From: a virus
Taxonomy: Duplodnaviria > Caudoviricetes
Virus record (IMG/VR): IMGVR_UViG_3300031566_000035
Span: 1-57,447 of that record
Reading direction: 5' to 3' (one strand)
DNA: 57,447 nucleotides
In this document: in pieces, positions 29,059-38,999 of the stretch
Layout: each line of letters opens with the position of its first letter
Numbering within the stretch: the stretch's first letter is position 1
The notes under the pieces: model-generated
What the model saw: the letters and a program-made list of their open reading frames with translations, nothing else
The model's database searches: none
Told to the model about the DNA's origin: nothing
Position numbers and translations under genes: made by a program

Positions 29059-29778
29059 GCAAAAAGATTTACTGATACAAATAAATACAAAAAACCCTTT
29101 ATAAGGGGCTTACAAGGGGCTTATAAGGTGCTTTGGGATTATATTTGCCTTGATTGCGACCATGCTGGAATTTGGATTGTCGATTTTGATGTAGCACAAA
29201 TATATGTAGGCAAAGAACCGTATATGAAAGTTAATAAATTAGATGCATTAAAATTTTTTAATACAGGAGAAATAAGAATTATAGAAATTAATGATGGATC
29301 AAAATGGTTTATACCTTCATTTATAGAATTTCAATATGGATTTTTAAATGAACAAAATCGAGCGCATAATTCTGTTATTAAAATTTTATATAAATATGGA
29401 TTTTATAAAAATAAGGGGCTTGCAAGCCCCTTACAAGGACGTAAAGATAAAGATAAAGATAAAGATAAAGATAAAGATAAAGATAAGAAGGAGAAATTTG
29501 AATTATTTTGGGAACAGTATCATATGATGACTAAACTTTTGAAATCAGATAAATCACCTACTGAAAAACACTGGATGAAACTTTCTTACGATGAAATGGA
29601 TAAGGCAATTAGTAATATTCAGCCTTATTACAATTCCTTAAGGCTTATAAATAATAAAAAACCAGTTAAAAAGGCGAGGACTTATTTATCCGATAAAAAT
29701 TTCAACGATGAATTTATTGAACCAATTAAAAAATCAAATCCACAAATATTCGAGATCGACCCAAAATTTTCACAATGA
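29056..29778 (+). CDS. Replication initiator / replisome organiser
   Basis: MAKRFTDT...LW.YI...CDHAGIW N-terminus, DKDKDK linker, FELFW..Y C-terminal domain; upstream of helicase. Confidence 0.8.
   Translation: MAKRFTDTNKYKKPFIRGLQGAYKVLWDYICLDCDHAGIWIVDFDVAQIYVGKEPYMKVNKLDALKFFNTGEIRIIEINDGSKWFIPSFIEFQYGFLNEQNRAHNSVIKILYKYGFYKNKGLASPLQGRKDKDKDKDKDKDKDKKEKFELFWEQYHMMTKLLKSDKSPTEKHWMKLSYDEMDKAISNIQPYYNSLRLINNKKPVKKARTYLSDKNFNDEFIEPIKKSNPQIFEIDPKFSQ
29413..29486. repeat. Putative replication origin elements within initiator gene
   Basis: Palindrome AAGGGGCTTGCAAGCCCCTT then about seven TAAAGA units; related AGGGGCTTA repeats at 29104-29128. Confidence 0.6.
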
Positions 29779-30095
29779 ACTCTATAATTTCAGAACGGGG
29801 AAAAGAATTGGCGGAAAGCCAATTGTTATTTAAAAAAAGGATAAGAAATGAAGCAAGGAGTGGATTGTCTGAAAATTTTATTAAATTTTTGATAGGTTAC
29901 CATGATTTTACTGAAAAATATATTTCAGAAGTTGAAATGGAAAATTTAAGATTACATTTAAAGGTAAATAAACTTAATAAAAAATCAGAGGCAGGTGTAG
30001 ATGCTGTTTCATGGCTTCAGTCAATTTTAATAAAACAACTGAAAAAATTCAACAATGAACTTAGAGCAATTAAAGAAAGAAAGACAAAAGGTTAA
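29775..30095 (+). CDS. Hypothetical protein
   Basis: Between initiator and helicase. Confidence 0.6.
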   Translation: MNSIISERGKELAESQLLFKKRIRNEARSGLSENFIKFLIGYHDFTEKYISEVEMENLRLHLKVNKLNKKSEAGVDAVSWLQSILIKQLKKFNNELRAIKERKTKG

Positions 30096-31014
30096 AGACG
30101 CCATCTATCTTGAAGACTGCAAAAAGTCAATGATGGATGGTTTCCGCAATGGATATGAAATAGGGAAAACAACACATTTTTATGAAATCGACCGTCATTT
30201 CAGGTGGCTGAAACAGAATGTCATAATATTCGGCGGTTATGGAAATCACGGTAAATCAACTTTTTTATATCAATTATTGCTTTTACGGGCATTGAACAAT
30301 GGAGAAAAATTTGCAATATTTTCACCGGAAAATATGCCTGCGGACTTTTTTTACAACGATCTTATTCATACATTGATCGGAAAATCGACCATACTTCAAC
30401 ACTCAAACAGGATGACGCAGTTGGAATATGAAAAAGCAATGGAATTTATCAATGAACATTTCTTTTTGATTTACCCTGAAAACGATGAACCAAGTCCTGT
30501 ATATGTAAACGAAAGGTTCAAAGAAGCAATCGAAAAGCATAAAATTGACGGGTGCATAACAGACCCTTTCAATCAGCTTGACAGGGACTGGGAAAAATCC
30601 GGTAGGGACGATAGGTATATAAGCGATTATTTGAACAAAGAAAAGAGATTTTCACAATCTAACAATGTTTATAAAATAACGGTCGTCCATTGCCATTCGA
30701 GGGTTTCGTTCGATGAATCAGGTATGTTAAAAGAACCGAATGTTTATAGTATTTCAGGTGGCTCAATGTGGAGCAATAAAGCAGACGATATTTTATTTAT
30801 TCACAGGCCTTACAAGCATTCAGACCCAATGAACACCTCAACAACTTTCATCTCGGACAAAATAAAAAAACAAAGGATTTGCGGATTTCCGGGAAGCGTA
30901 ATATTGGATTTTAATATTTTAGAAAATAGATATTATGTAAACGGGAACAGCCCATTTTCAAAATTTGATAATTTTATGAATGATAAAATTGAAAAGTTTC
31001 AAAGAAAAATATAA
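30055..31014 (+). CDS. SF4 (DnaB/Twinkle-like) replicative helicase
   Basis: Walker A GGYGNHGKST, FSPEN, ITDPFN, ISGGSMWSNKAD. Confidence 0.85.
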   Translation: MNLEQLKKERQKVKDAIYLEDCKKSMMDGFRNGYEIGKTTHFYEIDRHFRWLKQNVIIFGGYGNHGKSTFLYQLLLLRALNNGEKFAIFSPENMPADFFYNDLIHTLIGKSTILQHSNRMTQLEYEKAMEFINEHFFLIYPENDEPSPVYVNERFKEAIEKHKIDGCITDPFNQLDRDWEKSGRDDRYISDYLNKEKRFSQSNNVYKITVVHCHSRVSFDESGMLKEPNVYSISGGSMWSNKADDILFIHRPYKHSDPMNTSTTFISDKIKKQRICGFPGSVILDFNILENRYYVNGNSPFSKFDNFMNDKIEKFQRKI

Positions 31015-31018
31015 CAAT

Positions 31019-31216
31019 ATGAAAATTACTAAAAAAATGAAAAGAGAATTACTTCAAGATTACGTGAAAAAATATGAAGCTCTTGAGAATATATCCTTTA
31101 AACTTTATAGGCTTGGATATGAGGATTTATGTAAAGGCATTATCGAAGAAATGGCTGGATTGAAATTATTAATAGAATGCTGTGAAAATATTAATGAGGA
31201 CGAAAAAAACAAATAA
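31019..31216 (+). CDS. Hypothetical protein
   Basis: Track ORF 30980..31216; likely later start. Confidence 0.5.
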   Translation: MKITKKMKRELLQDYVKKYEALENISFKLYRLGYEDLCKGIIEEMAGLKLLIECCENINEDEKNK

Positions 31217-31622
31217 ACCAACATTGGACATAGGCTTTTTCAAAGAAATCCCATTATATCCGACAAGATTTTCAGTCGATATTTGGGTTTGTAATAATCA
31301 AGATAATCTTGCAAAATATTTCAAAAAAAGATATGGTGCAAGCGTTGAATATTACAAAGAAGAAGTAGCCCCAAATCAAGTTGCAAATTTACATTCGACC
31401 ATTGAATCAGAATTAAATGGGGAGGTAAGAATAGTAATGAATGTCATTGATTGGGATTTAAATGTAATTGGACATGAATTGATTCATATAATTTATCATT
31501 TAGATAAAATTTGTAATTTAGGCATAGATTTCCATTGTCAAGAATGGGTAAGTTATTTGTTCGAATATTTATTCGAACGTTGTAAAAATGATGGCAGTTT
31601 TAAATCGTGCGATTCAATATAA
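31182..31622 (+). CDS. HExxH-containing hypothetical protein
   Basis: IGHELIH...E motif. Confidence 0.65.
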   Translation: MKILMRTKKTNKPTLDIGFFKEIPLYPTRFSVDIWVCNNQDNLAKYFKKRYGASVEYYKEEVAPNQVANLHSTIESELNGEVRIVMNVIDWDLNVIGHELIHIIYHLDKICNLGIDFHCQEWVSYLFEYLFERCKNDGSFKSCDSI

Positions 31623-31965
31623 AAACAACAATAATATGAACGAAGCATTGAGAACACGAATAGACGAACATTGTCAAATGGTAAAATGTGGCGTAAAGCC
31701 ATTAAGTTTATTGACATATCAAGCAAGGTATCACGAAGAAGTAATAAATATCATAAAAGATTACGATCTTTATTATTCATCTGAACCAAATGGCAAAGGA
31801 TGGCTGACAATTTATATTTATAAAAACAAAGCAATTGGATTCCTGATCCCGGAATTGCCAAAAACCCCTAAAAAACCAATCGAACATGCTTTAGTTGGAT
31901 TGTTTTTGGGATATGGCATAGATTCGATTTGTGAATTTATATTTAAAAAATATAATTTATTTTGA
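31588..31965 (+). CDS. Hypothetical protein (GLFLGY motif)
   Basis: GVKPL...H...GLFLGY. Confidence 0.65.
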   Translation: MMAVLNRAIQYKNNNNMNEALRTRIDEHCQMVKCGVKPLSLLTYQARYHEEVINIIKDYDLYYSSEPNGKGWLTIYIYKNKAIGFLIPELPKTPKKPIEHALVGLFLGYGIDSICEFIFKKYNLF

Positions 31966-31993
31966 ACGGCATATAAAATACTGGCAAGAAACG

Positions 31994-32374
31994 ATGGATG
32001 AAATTTATATAGCTCAAATGGATTACGGATATGGCAAGAGTGATAAAAGTTGGTTGCCTTGCACTAAAGATGATGAATTTATTTACTTTAAGAGAGACGA
32101 AAATGGCGTACACGCTTGGCACTGTAATAAAGTATCATTAAGTGACCATAGATTACTTGATTTGAAACCACAAGCTTTTAAAATTATGTGGGAATATGCG
32201 ATAATACCAATTAGCTTTAAAGATTACAATGAGTATGTTGATTGTTTAAATGATTATGGAAAAGAGGGGTGGATATTTGGAGCAATGATACGGACTTACG
32301 AAGATTCACCAATGATAGGAATTACGACACACGACTATGTATGCAGACGTGCGAATAATTTTTATTGTTTATAA
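31994..32374 (+). CDS. Hypothetical protein with DUF4177-like C-terminal half
   Basis: MWEY...LNDYGKEGW; ends in the TTTTTATTGTTTATAAT cassette end. Confidence 0.55.
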   Translation: MDEIYIAQMDYGYGKSDKSWLPCTKDDEFIYFKRDENGVHAWHCNKVSLSDHRLLDLKPQAFKIMWEYAIIPISFKDYNEYVDCLNDYGKEGWIFGAMIRTYEDSPMIGITTHDYVCRRANNFYCL

Positions 32375-32465
32375 TCTTCGATGCGTATGTTGAGTGAACC
32401 CGATGTCGCATTTTAGCGACCCGTGAGTTCACGAAGAAACATCCATAACGTAAAAATACAGAAAA

Positions 32466-32795
32466 ATGAAAACAGAAAAAGAAAAATTAATTGATGCTCA
32501 AAAAGAGTATATTAAATTTTTAGATAAATACATAAGTGGAGTTTCAATGTATTTACATGTTCACGGACAAATTCAAAATGATAAAGATGTTAAGAAAGGA
32601 AAACTTATGAGGGATAAAATATCAGAATTAGAAAAATCAATTAATCCTCAGAATGAACCCGCTGGGCATCGAAGATTAGAGGATAATAAGGTTCAAAAAA
32701 AGCCTTGTCCTCATCCGGGAATCATGTGTTTTGACACAATGAAACCTGTTAAATGTTGGAAATGTGATAAATTATTAAGTAAAAAAGGCGATTGA
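32466..32795 (+). CDS. Hypothetical protein with Cys-rich C-terminus
   Basis: 109 aa ORF. Confidence 0.65.
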   Translation: MKTEKEKLIDAQKEYIKFLDKYISGVSMYLHVHGQIQNDKDVKKGKLMRDKISELEKSINPQNEPAGHRRLEDNKVQKKPCPHPGIMCFDTMKPVKCWKCDKLLSKKGD

Positions 32796-32876
32796 ACCGT
32801 TCGTTTTTACGATATTAACCATACCGCTTGTTAGCGTTTCGTTTTTGAGCGTTGGCGGTAGAAAACTTAAAATATC

Positions 32877-33215
32877 ATGGGAGAAACAGCAGACATGATA
32901 CTTGATGGTATCTTAGATGAACAAACAGGTGAATATATCGGTGAGGCGGTAGGATATCCACGGACAATGCAGAAAGGATGTTATAACTCAATTAAAAAAC
33001 GAAAGCCTAAACGAAACATTAAATATGCGATGAAAGGCGAAAGTTTAGGAGGGTTGCATTTAGTGGGAAAGAACGCTATAATCGAAAATGTAGGTGAATG
33101 TGAAATTGTGGACTATATAGGGAAAAGAGGTCGTAAAAGATATGTTTTGATTGATAATGAAGGTAAAGAACATAGAGTTGAATTTAGCAGTATGACGCTG
33201 TGCGTTGGCAAATGA
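32877..33215 (+). CDS. Cassette hypothetical protein
   Basis: MGETADMILDG...GEYIGE..GYPR; fills body 32830-33223. Confidence 0.75.
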   Translation: MGETADMILDGILDEQTGEYIGEAVGYPRTMQKGCYNSIKKRKPKRNIKYAMKGESLGGLHLVGKNAIIENVGECEIVDYIGKRGRKRYVLIDNEGKEHRVEFSSMTLCVGK

Positions 33216-33290
33216 ACGCTAACGGTAAAGCTATGTTGCGTGCGAGAATACAGAAAAATAATTATACGTTAAATAAAAAAAATAGAAATT

Positions 33291-33488
33291 ATGAGTGCAA
33301 AGGATTTTAAAAGAAAAAAAGCAATTGCATTTTTAGGGTTAATTGGAGTTAAAACAGACACTAAAATAAACCTAGAACATGGAAAAGATTGTGGTGCTAC
33401 AATGAAATTAATAGATATTATGGTTGCGTTTTATGATGATATGTGCGATACACAAAAAAACACCGTATGCAATTGCACAAAAAGCTAG
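33291..33488 (+). CDS. Cassette hypothetical protein
   Basis: Starts after left arm 33221; right arm not found. Confidence 0.55.
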   Translation: MSAKDFKRKKAIAFLGLIGVKTDTKINLEHGKDCGATMKLIDIMVAFYDDMCDTQKNTVCNCTKS

Positions 33489-33792
33489 CGGTGTTGACTT
33501 GGTGTTTACGTGTACTTGCGGCGAAAAAATAAACTTATAATATGGTTGCTAATGTTAGTATAAGTGGCGTTTTTTCTATGCCATTTATACATTGTTACCT
33601 GACTGGTACGATTTATAAGCCTAAAACTTTGATTTAAGCACACAATAAGTAACTATTTATTTTTTAGCGTTGGCAAATTAATGAGGCACGAATTAAAATA
33701 TTTACAAAATAATTAAAATAATTTGCTTTTATAGTTGATAATTACAAAATAAGTTATATATTTGTAGTGTAAGAAACAAACAAATAGAAATT

Positions 33793-34080
33793 ATGAAAAG
33801 AAATGTGTGGATACCAAAAATGACAAAAGGAAGATTAGAAAGATTATTAGCCAAATCAAAGTTAACTAATGATGAAAAAGAAGATTTGTTAGACTACAAG
33901 TATTTTTTACTTAATCAAAAAGTTTGTGCTTATGAGAAAAAATTAATGGATGCTGTAAGTGTTAATCAAGCAGAAGAGTTTTGCGATATTAGAGGTTGTA
34001 TTTTAGTTCCTAAAAATATGTTTTGGTTAACTAACATAAATCATTTAACTAACGGATTTAAAAGCGAATACTATTTATAA
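33793..34080 (+). CDS. Hypothetical protein in promoter-bearing cassette
   Basis: Preceded by a TATATTTG -7 box near 33757. Confidence 0.7.
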   Translation: MKRNVWIPKMTKGRLERLLAKSKLTNDEKEDLLDYKYFLLNQKVCAYEKKLMDAVSVNQAEEFCDIRGCILVPKNMFWLTNINHLTNGFKSEYYL

Positions 34081-34268
34081 TGGCATACATATACTACAAT
34101 AAAGAATTAAACCAATACAGATTGTTTGGAAGCCTTCCTGTAATGTGTAAGACTTGCGAATTAGATTACACGCATTTACAATACGCATTTAGAAATAATA
34201 AAACGGAATACGAAAACGACACTTTAAAGATTATTAAGGTTACGCTTGAAAGGGGTGGAAAAAAATAA
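34080..34268 (+). CDS. Small putative HTH regulator
   Basis: FGSLPVMC...LDYTHLQYAF helix pattern; translationally coupled. Confidence 0.6.
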   Translation: MAYIYYNKELNQYRLFGSLPVMCKTCELDYTHLQYAFRNNKTEYENDTLKIIKVTLERGGKK

Positions 34269-34474
34269 ATAGTTACGTGTAGATAAAAACAGGTTTTAGA
34301 ATTAAGCACGAACCTAAGTACTTGCAGGTACGAAAAAGTATATGATTTCGAGCCGATAAATGGCACGAAACTACAATAACAGAATAAAGTAAATTAATAT
34401 TATAAACTAAGAAGATAGCACCAACACGGCTTGAATTATATACGGTGTTGTGCATCTTTTAAAAATGCGGAATT

Positions 34475-34789
34475 ATGCAAGGAAAATACCTTATAAACAC
34501 AGATGAATGGTTTGTTGCACCAAATGGTAATAGCTACAAAGCAGCGTGGGGAAATGTTGAAATAATAGAAGACACTTCTTTAGGACTAAAAACTAACAGA
34601 AATAGTACAAATTGGTATGCTAGAGTGGGGAGCGAGGACAACCACATAATAATAGCAGGTTGCCAAATACACTACGCTGTTAGATGCGAGAATAAACCTA
34701 ATACAGAACCGAGCGAAGAATGGCAAGCAGATGCAGCCAATGGGCTAAAAGAATATAAAGCACCTGCCCGAATATATATAGCTGAGTAG
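34475..34789 (+). CDS. Cassette hypothetical protein
   Basis: Fills body 34447-34809. Confidence 0.75.
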   Translation: MQGKYLINTDEWFVAPNGNSYKAAWGNVEIIEDTSLGLKTNRNSTNWYARVGSEDNHIIIAGCQIHYAVRCENKPNTEPSEEWQADAANGLKEYKAPARIYIAE

Positions 34790-34956
34790 CATTTTTTATT
34801 GTGCACAACAACGCTAAGCTGAAATTCGTTTCAATGAATTTTAGCGACCGTTATCAATCGTATGACGGAGGCTGAGCTTGTCGAAGCCGAGTAATATGAT
34901 TGACAGGACAGACAAAAAGTTTTTAAATGCAGATTTTTATATAAATTTAAAAAAAA

Positions 34957-35142
34957 ATGAAAATAAACATAACTTGTTCATGTGGAAGGGTATTCGATGT
35001 TATAGGTAATGGGATCAGGTTCATTCATCATGGAAAAGAAAACAAAATAATGTTAAAAGATGAAATAATACGTTGCAAATGCGGATCGGATAACCTTAAT
35101 TTTACGAGTAATTTAAAAATAAAAAAATCGGATTACCCATAA
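34957..35142 (+). CDS. Zinc-ribbon protein
   Basis: CSCG and CKCG. Confidence 0.6.
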   Translation: MKINITCSCGRVFDVIGNGIRFIHHGKENKIMLKDEIIRCKCGSDNLNFTSNLKIKKSDYP

Positions 35143-35245
35143 GTAAAGAGCTTTATTTATTTTGATTTTGATTAAATATTTATTATATTTGTATCTTGTT
35201 TCATGTTTATATATTTAGATTAGATGTTTGGTTAGTAAATTGGTT

Positions 35246-35276
35246 AAAAAGGGCTATTTCTCGATAGCCTTTTTTT
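35246..35276 (+). terminator. Intrinsic terminator-like hairpin
   Basis: AAAAAGGGCTAT-ttctcg-ATAGCCTTTTTTT. Confidence 0.7.
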
Positions 35277-35317
35277 ATTATACAAAACCCGATCCTGATC
35301 TTATAAGAAAATAAATT

Positions 35318-35572
35318 ATGGTTATATCACACATACCGCTAAAGCTAATATTAGTTGAAGACCCAAAGGTTGGAGGTTACACATCTTTTTTTGCGCAATT
35401 CCCAGAAATTTTGGCTCAGGGTGAAACAGAAGATGAGGCAACTGAAAATTTGTTTAAAACGGTTAGTATTGTTTTTAAACACAAGGGTGGTATTGGACAT
35501 GGTGTTAAGAAGAGTGAATATAATGTTATAGAAAAAGACATAAATCTTGACACCTGTGAATGTCGGAAATAA
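35318..35572 (+). CDS. HicB-like antitoxin domain protein
   Basis: EDPKVGGYTSFFAQFPEILAQGETEDEA..NL. Confidence 0.8.
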   Translation: MVISHIPLKLILVEDPKVGGYTSFFAQFPEILAQGETEDEATENLFKTVSIVFKHKGGIGHGVKKSEYNVIEKDINLDTCECRK

Positions 35573-35768
35573 TCCTTTAATTACAAGTCATGGTTTACAC
35601 GAATGGATTTTAAATGCGTTAATATCGACTTTATTTACCTAAAACAAAATAGAACGAATATAAACAATATACATAAATACCTGAAATAAAATATAATAAA
35701 AGGAATAAAAATAAAAAATAAAATATTTAGAATATTTTTATTATCTTAGCATTATAAAATCTCCGAAC

Positions 35769-36251
35769 ATGATAAAAATATTAAAAAACGAAAAAACAGA
35801 AAATGGTAATTTTTTTATATTTTTCAATACCGAAACAAAGGAAAAGGCAAGGATAAAAACAGACAATACATCTGTATTGGCGTTATGCGAACTAATAAAC
35901 GGGGAGCGGATAAATTTAAAACAGGCAGAATGCTTTAATCTTTTGGATTATAAAAGCATCTTATTAGAGAAAAAAGAGACACGTGTACAGTCGGACGTAA
36001 TGGACATATCATATTTATTGGTGAGTATAAACGGGAAAGATTACCTTAAAATCTTCCATAAAGGACAGGATATGCTTTCTTTCAGCTCCGCACCGATCAA
36101 AAACATAAAATCCTTTATGGCTTATACGGAAAAAAAACTACAAGATGTCGAATGGGGCTTGATTGATGAGCGATCCGCTATTATAGAATCATCGGAATCC
36201 ATCCTTTCTGGAATAAGAAAAGCCAATGGTTTTTATTCAATAAAAAAATAA
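35769..36251 (+). CDS. Hypothetical protein
   Basis: 160 aa ORF. Confidence 0.65.
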   Translation: MIKILKNEKTENGNFFIFFNTETKEKARIKTDNTSVLALCELINGERINLKQAECFNLLDYKSILLEKKETRVQSDVMDISYLLVSINGKDYLKIFHKGQDMLSFSSAPIKNIKSFMAYTEKKLQDVEWGLIDERSAIIESSESILSGIRKANGFYSIKK

Positions 36252-36604
36252 TTTATTTATATCCGTATTTATTATTTATAACTGCATTTACCTTTTATTT
36301 ATAGTGCCATTTATGCTTTATTTATGGCGCCATTTATCGTTTATTTATGGTTGCATTTATATATGGCGCATTAGCCCAATATAGATATATAGACACAGCG
36401 CATATGTATTAATATATATAAGAACCTTTAATTGCTATAAATAATGTACATATGTTATAATGCTTCAACTATTTGTAATTAATATAAACAACATATATAA
36501 AATATTGATAATGAAATAATTTGAAATGAAGCTTAAAAAAACGCTTGACAAATTTCTTAATTTGCTGTAGATTAGCAGAAAATTATTAACCAAAAACTTG
36601 CAAA

Positions 36605-36910
36605 ATGAAAACGATTAAATCAAACAAATTAAATTTAAAAACCATGAAAAACTTGAAAAATGCAATTACAGACAATCTAATTAATTATTATGCGAATTCA
36701 ATTAATTTATTCGATTTTGTCGAAAATAATATTTCGCCATTCATTGAAATTTCTGAAGAATCAAAAGAAACAATACGATTGATAATATCGCAAAGCCAAA
36801 GAGGGTGGTATGCAATTGAATGCGATGAGGAAGGGCCCACAAAAGAACAGGACGAAGAAATGGACGCCTATATAGAATCGGTAACGGCCGAAATTTTAAA
36901 TTCACTATAA
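36605..36910 (+). CDS. Acidic putative early protein
   Basis: After TTGACA at 36545; acidic C-terminus. Confidence 0.65.
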   Translation: MKTIKSNKLNLKTMKNLKNAITDNLINYYANSINLFDFVENNISPFIEISEESKETIRLIISQSQRGWYAIECDEEGPTKEQDEEMDAYIESVTAEILNSL

Positions 36911-36921
36911 AAAATAAAACC

Positions 36922-37173
36922 ATGAAATTCACAAAAGATCACTACAAGTTAATCAAGGACAGGTTTATAAATCTTGGAATTGATGCAATTATAGAACACC
37001 AAGCATATTGCTTGCTCAATAATTATTCAAAAACAAGATTTGTGTGGGGGGTTTATTGGGAAGCCGAGGATGAAAATTCAAGGTTGGATACATCCAATTA
37101 TTCGGACATACACATCGAAACGGCCATAACAACGGCAATAAAAGAACTATTAAAAGATAAATACCTTTATTAA
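36922..37173 (+). CDS. Hypothetical early protein
   Basis: 83 aa with AAAACCATG leader. Confidence 0.7.
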   Translation: MKFTKDHYKLIKDRFINLGIDAIIEHQAYCLLNNYSKTRFVWGVYWEAEDENSRLDTSNYSDIHIETAITTAIKELLKDKYLY

Positions 37174-37241
37174 ATCGCTTTAACACCCCTGCCCCACGGG
37201 CAGTATTTCAAACAAAAATCAATTAAAATAAACATAACATC

Positions 37242-37466
37242 ATGAAAACATCGATAAAAGAAGTATTTGAAAGCGGAAGTTGGATGATCCAACGAATCCA
37301 TCAAGGAACAAGCAACAAGACAAGGCGCATTGATGCAAAGCGAAGATTCCCAGAAGCTGATGGAAAGAATTCATTTTCAGAATGGTGCAGCACTGCATAC
37401 GCCGATAGGTTGGCGAGAGAACATTATGGGAAAAATACCAATGATTTTATGTGTTTTTGCTATTAA
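37242..37466 (+). CDS. Hypothetical early protein
   Basis: 74 aa ORF. Confidence 0.7.
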   Translation: MKTSIKEVFESGSWMIQRIHQGTSNKTRRIDAKRRFPEADGKNSFSEWCSTAYADRLAREHYGKNTNDFMCFCY

Positions 37467-37486
37467 ATAATTTAAAAACTTGCAAA

Positions 37487-37693
37487 ATGAAAAAACTAAC
37501 AAAAAAAGAATTAGCGGAATGGTATGTTAGCGCTCATTCCGACTGCGGACACGTATTATATTTTTCAGGGGATCCCCGTTCAGCGGTAACCGAAGATTAT
37601 TTTTTTAAACACCTGATGAAAAAAAGGAGAGGGGAATTGGTCGAATTGATCTATAACCATTCAGACGAGGGTAGGGCGTTTTTAAACAAATAA
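37487..37693 (+). CDS. Hypothetical early protein
   Basis: Leader AAAAACTTGCAAAATG is shared with ORF 36605. Confidence 0.65.
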   Translation: MKKLTKKELAEWYVSAHSDCGHVLYFSGDPRSAVTEDYFFKHLMKKRRGELVELIYNHSDEGRAFLNK

Positions 37694-37761
37694 TCAAAAA
37701 AAATGAAAGAAATTTCAACAAATAATTAGGATTTTAAACAAATATTAAATAACTTAGCATT

Positions 37762-38541
37762 ATGGAAACCAAAGTATTACATAATAAATTCAAATATATA
37801 TTGGAAGGATTGGCCCCTGCCGGAAAGGAAGAGGAAGGGCATCTGTACATTGAAGTTGACGGGCTTACATATGACGTTACAGCGAAGCCCGACATATACC
37901 ATGTAATGGCGTACGATAGGCCAAGGAATACAATAACGGTGGATACATGGCTGCCCGTGTTCCCCGGGTTTTACGGGACTATTTTCGATCACGGCGAAGC
38001 CATCGACATTGAACGCGAAAACATTGAACAGGACAGAAAGGATAAAGGGTTATCACCACCGCTCACACAAAAAGAAATCGAAAGCATTGACTTCGATATA
38101 AATTCAAGGATGAATGACATTGCAGCGAAATGTTGTGGAATAATGGAAATGGAACTATCAGGCTTCGTACACTCAATAGAATTCCAGGGAGTCCATAGCC
38201 CACGCTCCTACAACTTCACGAACGATCAGATCAATTGCCGTATCACGTTCGACATGCAGGCGGCCAGGAAATACATAACGGATGACATTGAAGCATTCAA
38301 GGCCCACCTAAAGGAACGGTACACATCAAGGGATGGGTTTATCCCATTGCAATCAAGCGACGCAAAAGATTGGCAATTCTACGATGTGCTAAGGGACGAA
38401 CACAAAGCGGGCGAAGTACTCCAGTTTATCTGCAACCAACAGGGCATAACAGATGAAGACCTGCAAGAGGCCTCAATGATGTACATCAGCGCCAATAACT
38501 ACGATTACGAGAAGCACGAGATAATCATTAACAACAAGTGA
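37762..38541 (+). CDS. Acidic conserved phage hypothetical protein
   Basis: FPGFY, SPRSYNFTND, YTSRDGF motifs; visibly higher GC than flanks. Confidence 0.75.
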   Translation: METKVLHNKFKYILEGLAPAGKEEEGHLYIEVDGLTYDVTAKPDIYHVMAYDRPRNTITVDTWLPVFPGFYGTIFDHGEAIDIERENIEQDRKDKGLSPPLTQKEIESIDFDINSRMNDIAAKCCGIMEMELSGFVHSIEFQGVHSPRSYNFTNDQINCRITFDMQAARKYITDDIEAFKAHLKERYTSRDGFIPLQSSDAKDWQFYDVLRDEHKAGEVLQFICNQQGITDEDLQEASMMYISANNYDYEKHEIIINNK

Positions 38542-38561
38542 ATATGTAAGCTAAACAATTT

Positions 38562-38596
38562 AAAACCCCTCTCAATAACAACAGAGGGGTTTTTTT
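38562..38596 (+). terminator. Intrinsic terminator
   Basis: AAAACCCCTCT...AGAGGGGTTTTTTT. Confidence 0.8.
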
Positions 38597-38971
38597 ATGC
38601 AATAACACACCAAACCAATACAAAAGAAGCATACTTACAGTAAAGCCCTGTCTATACTATCCGGATCAAAACAAACCAAACTATCCAAAGGCTAAAACAA
38701 ACCCAAAGAAGATCAAAGCAAACCCCATAACTTGTGGAATAAAGGGTTAATGGGCAATTGTCTTTTTTAAATCCTTTTCATGTGCGCAAGAATAACGCCC
38801 TGTAATGAACGATAACACACTTATAGTATCCATACATAGGATAATATTAAAGACCTGTTAGGTGCGCTTATATGAAGCTATATGGGTAGATTATCAGGGG
38901 GGCTGTTGAATGGTTAAAGGCAGACTTATTACTATCATTATAACTTATTGATTAATAGTGCATTAACACCT

Positions 38972-38999
38972 ACTTAACATAATGGTAATTATAGGACAA
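38972..38999 (-). other. dif-like XerCD recombination site
   Basis: Minus strand TTGTCCTATAA-TTACCA-TTATGTTAAGT, 11-6-11 layout with near-canonical XerD arm, in a long non-coding region. Confidence 0.8.

Larger units (their letters stand above)
32360..34896. mobile_element. Cassette array 3 (partly degenerate)
   Basis: Bodies 32830-33223 (GTTAGCGTT/AACGCTAAC), 33594-34331 (GTTACCTG/CAGGTAC, one A missing), 34447-34809 (GTTGTGCA/TGCACAAC); hairpins 33551-33596, 34330-34449, 34807-34852. Confidence 0.8.
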
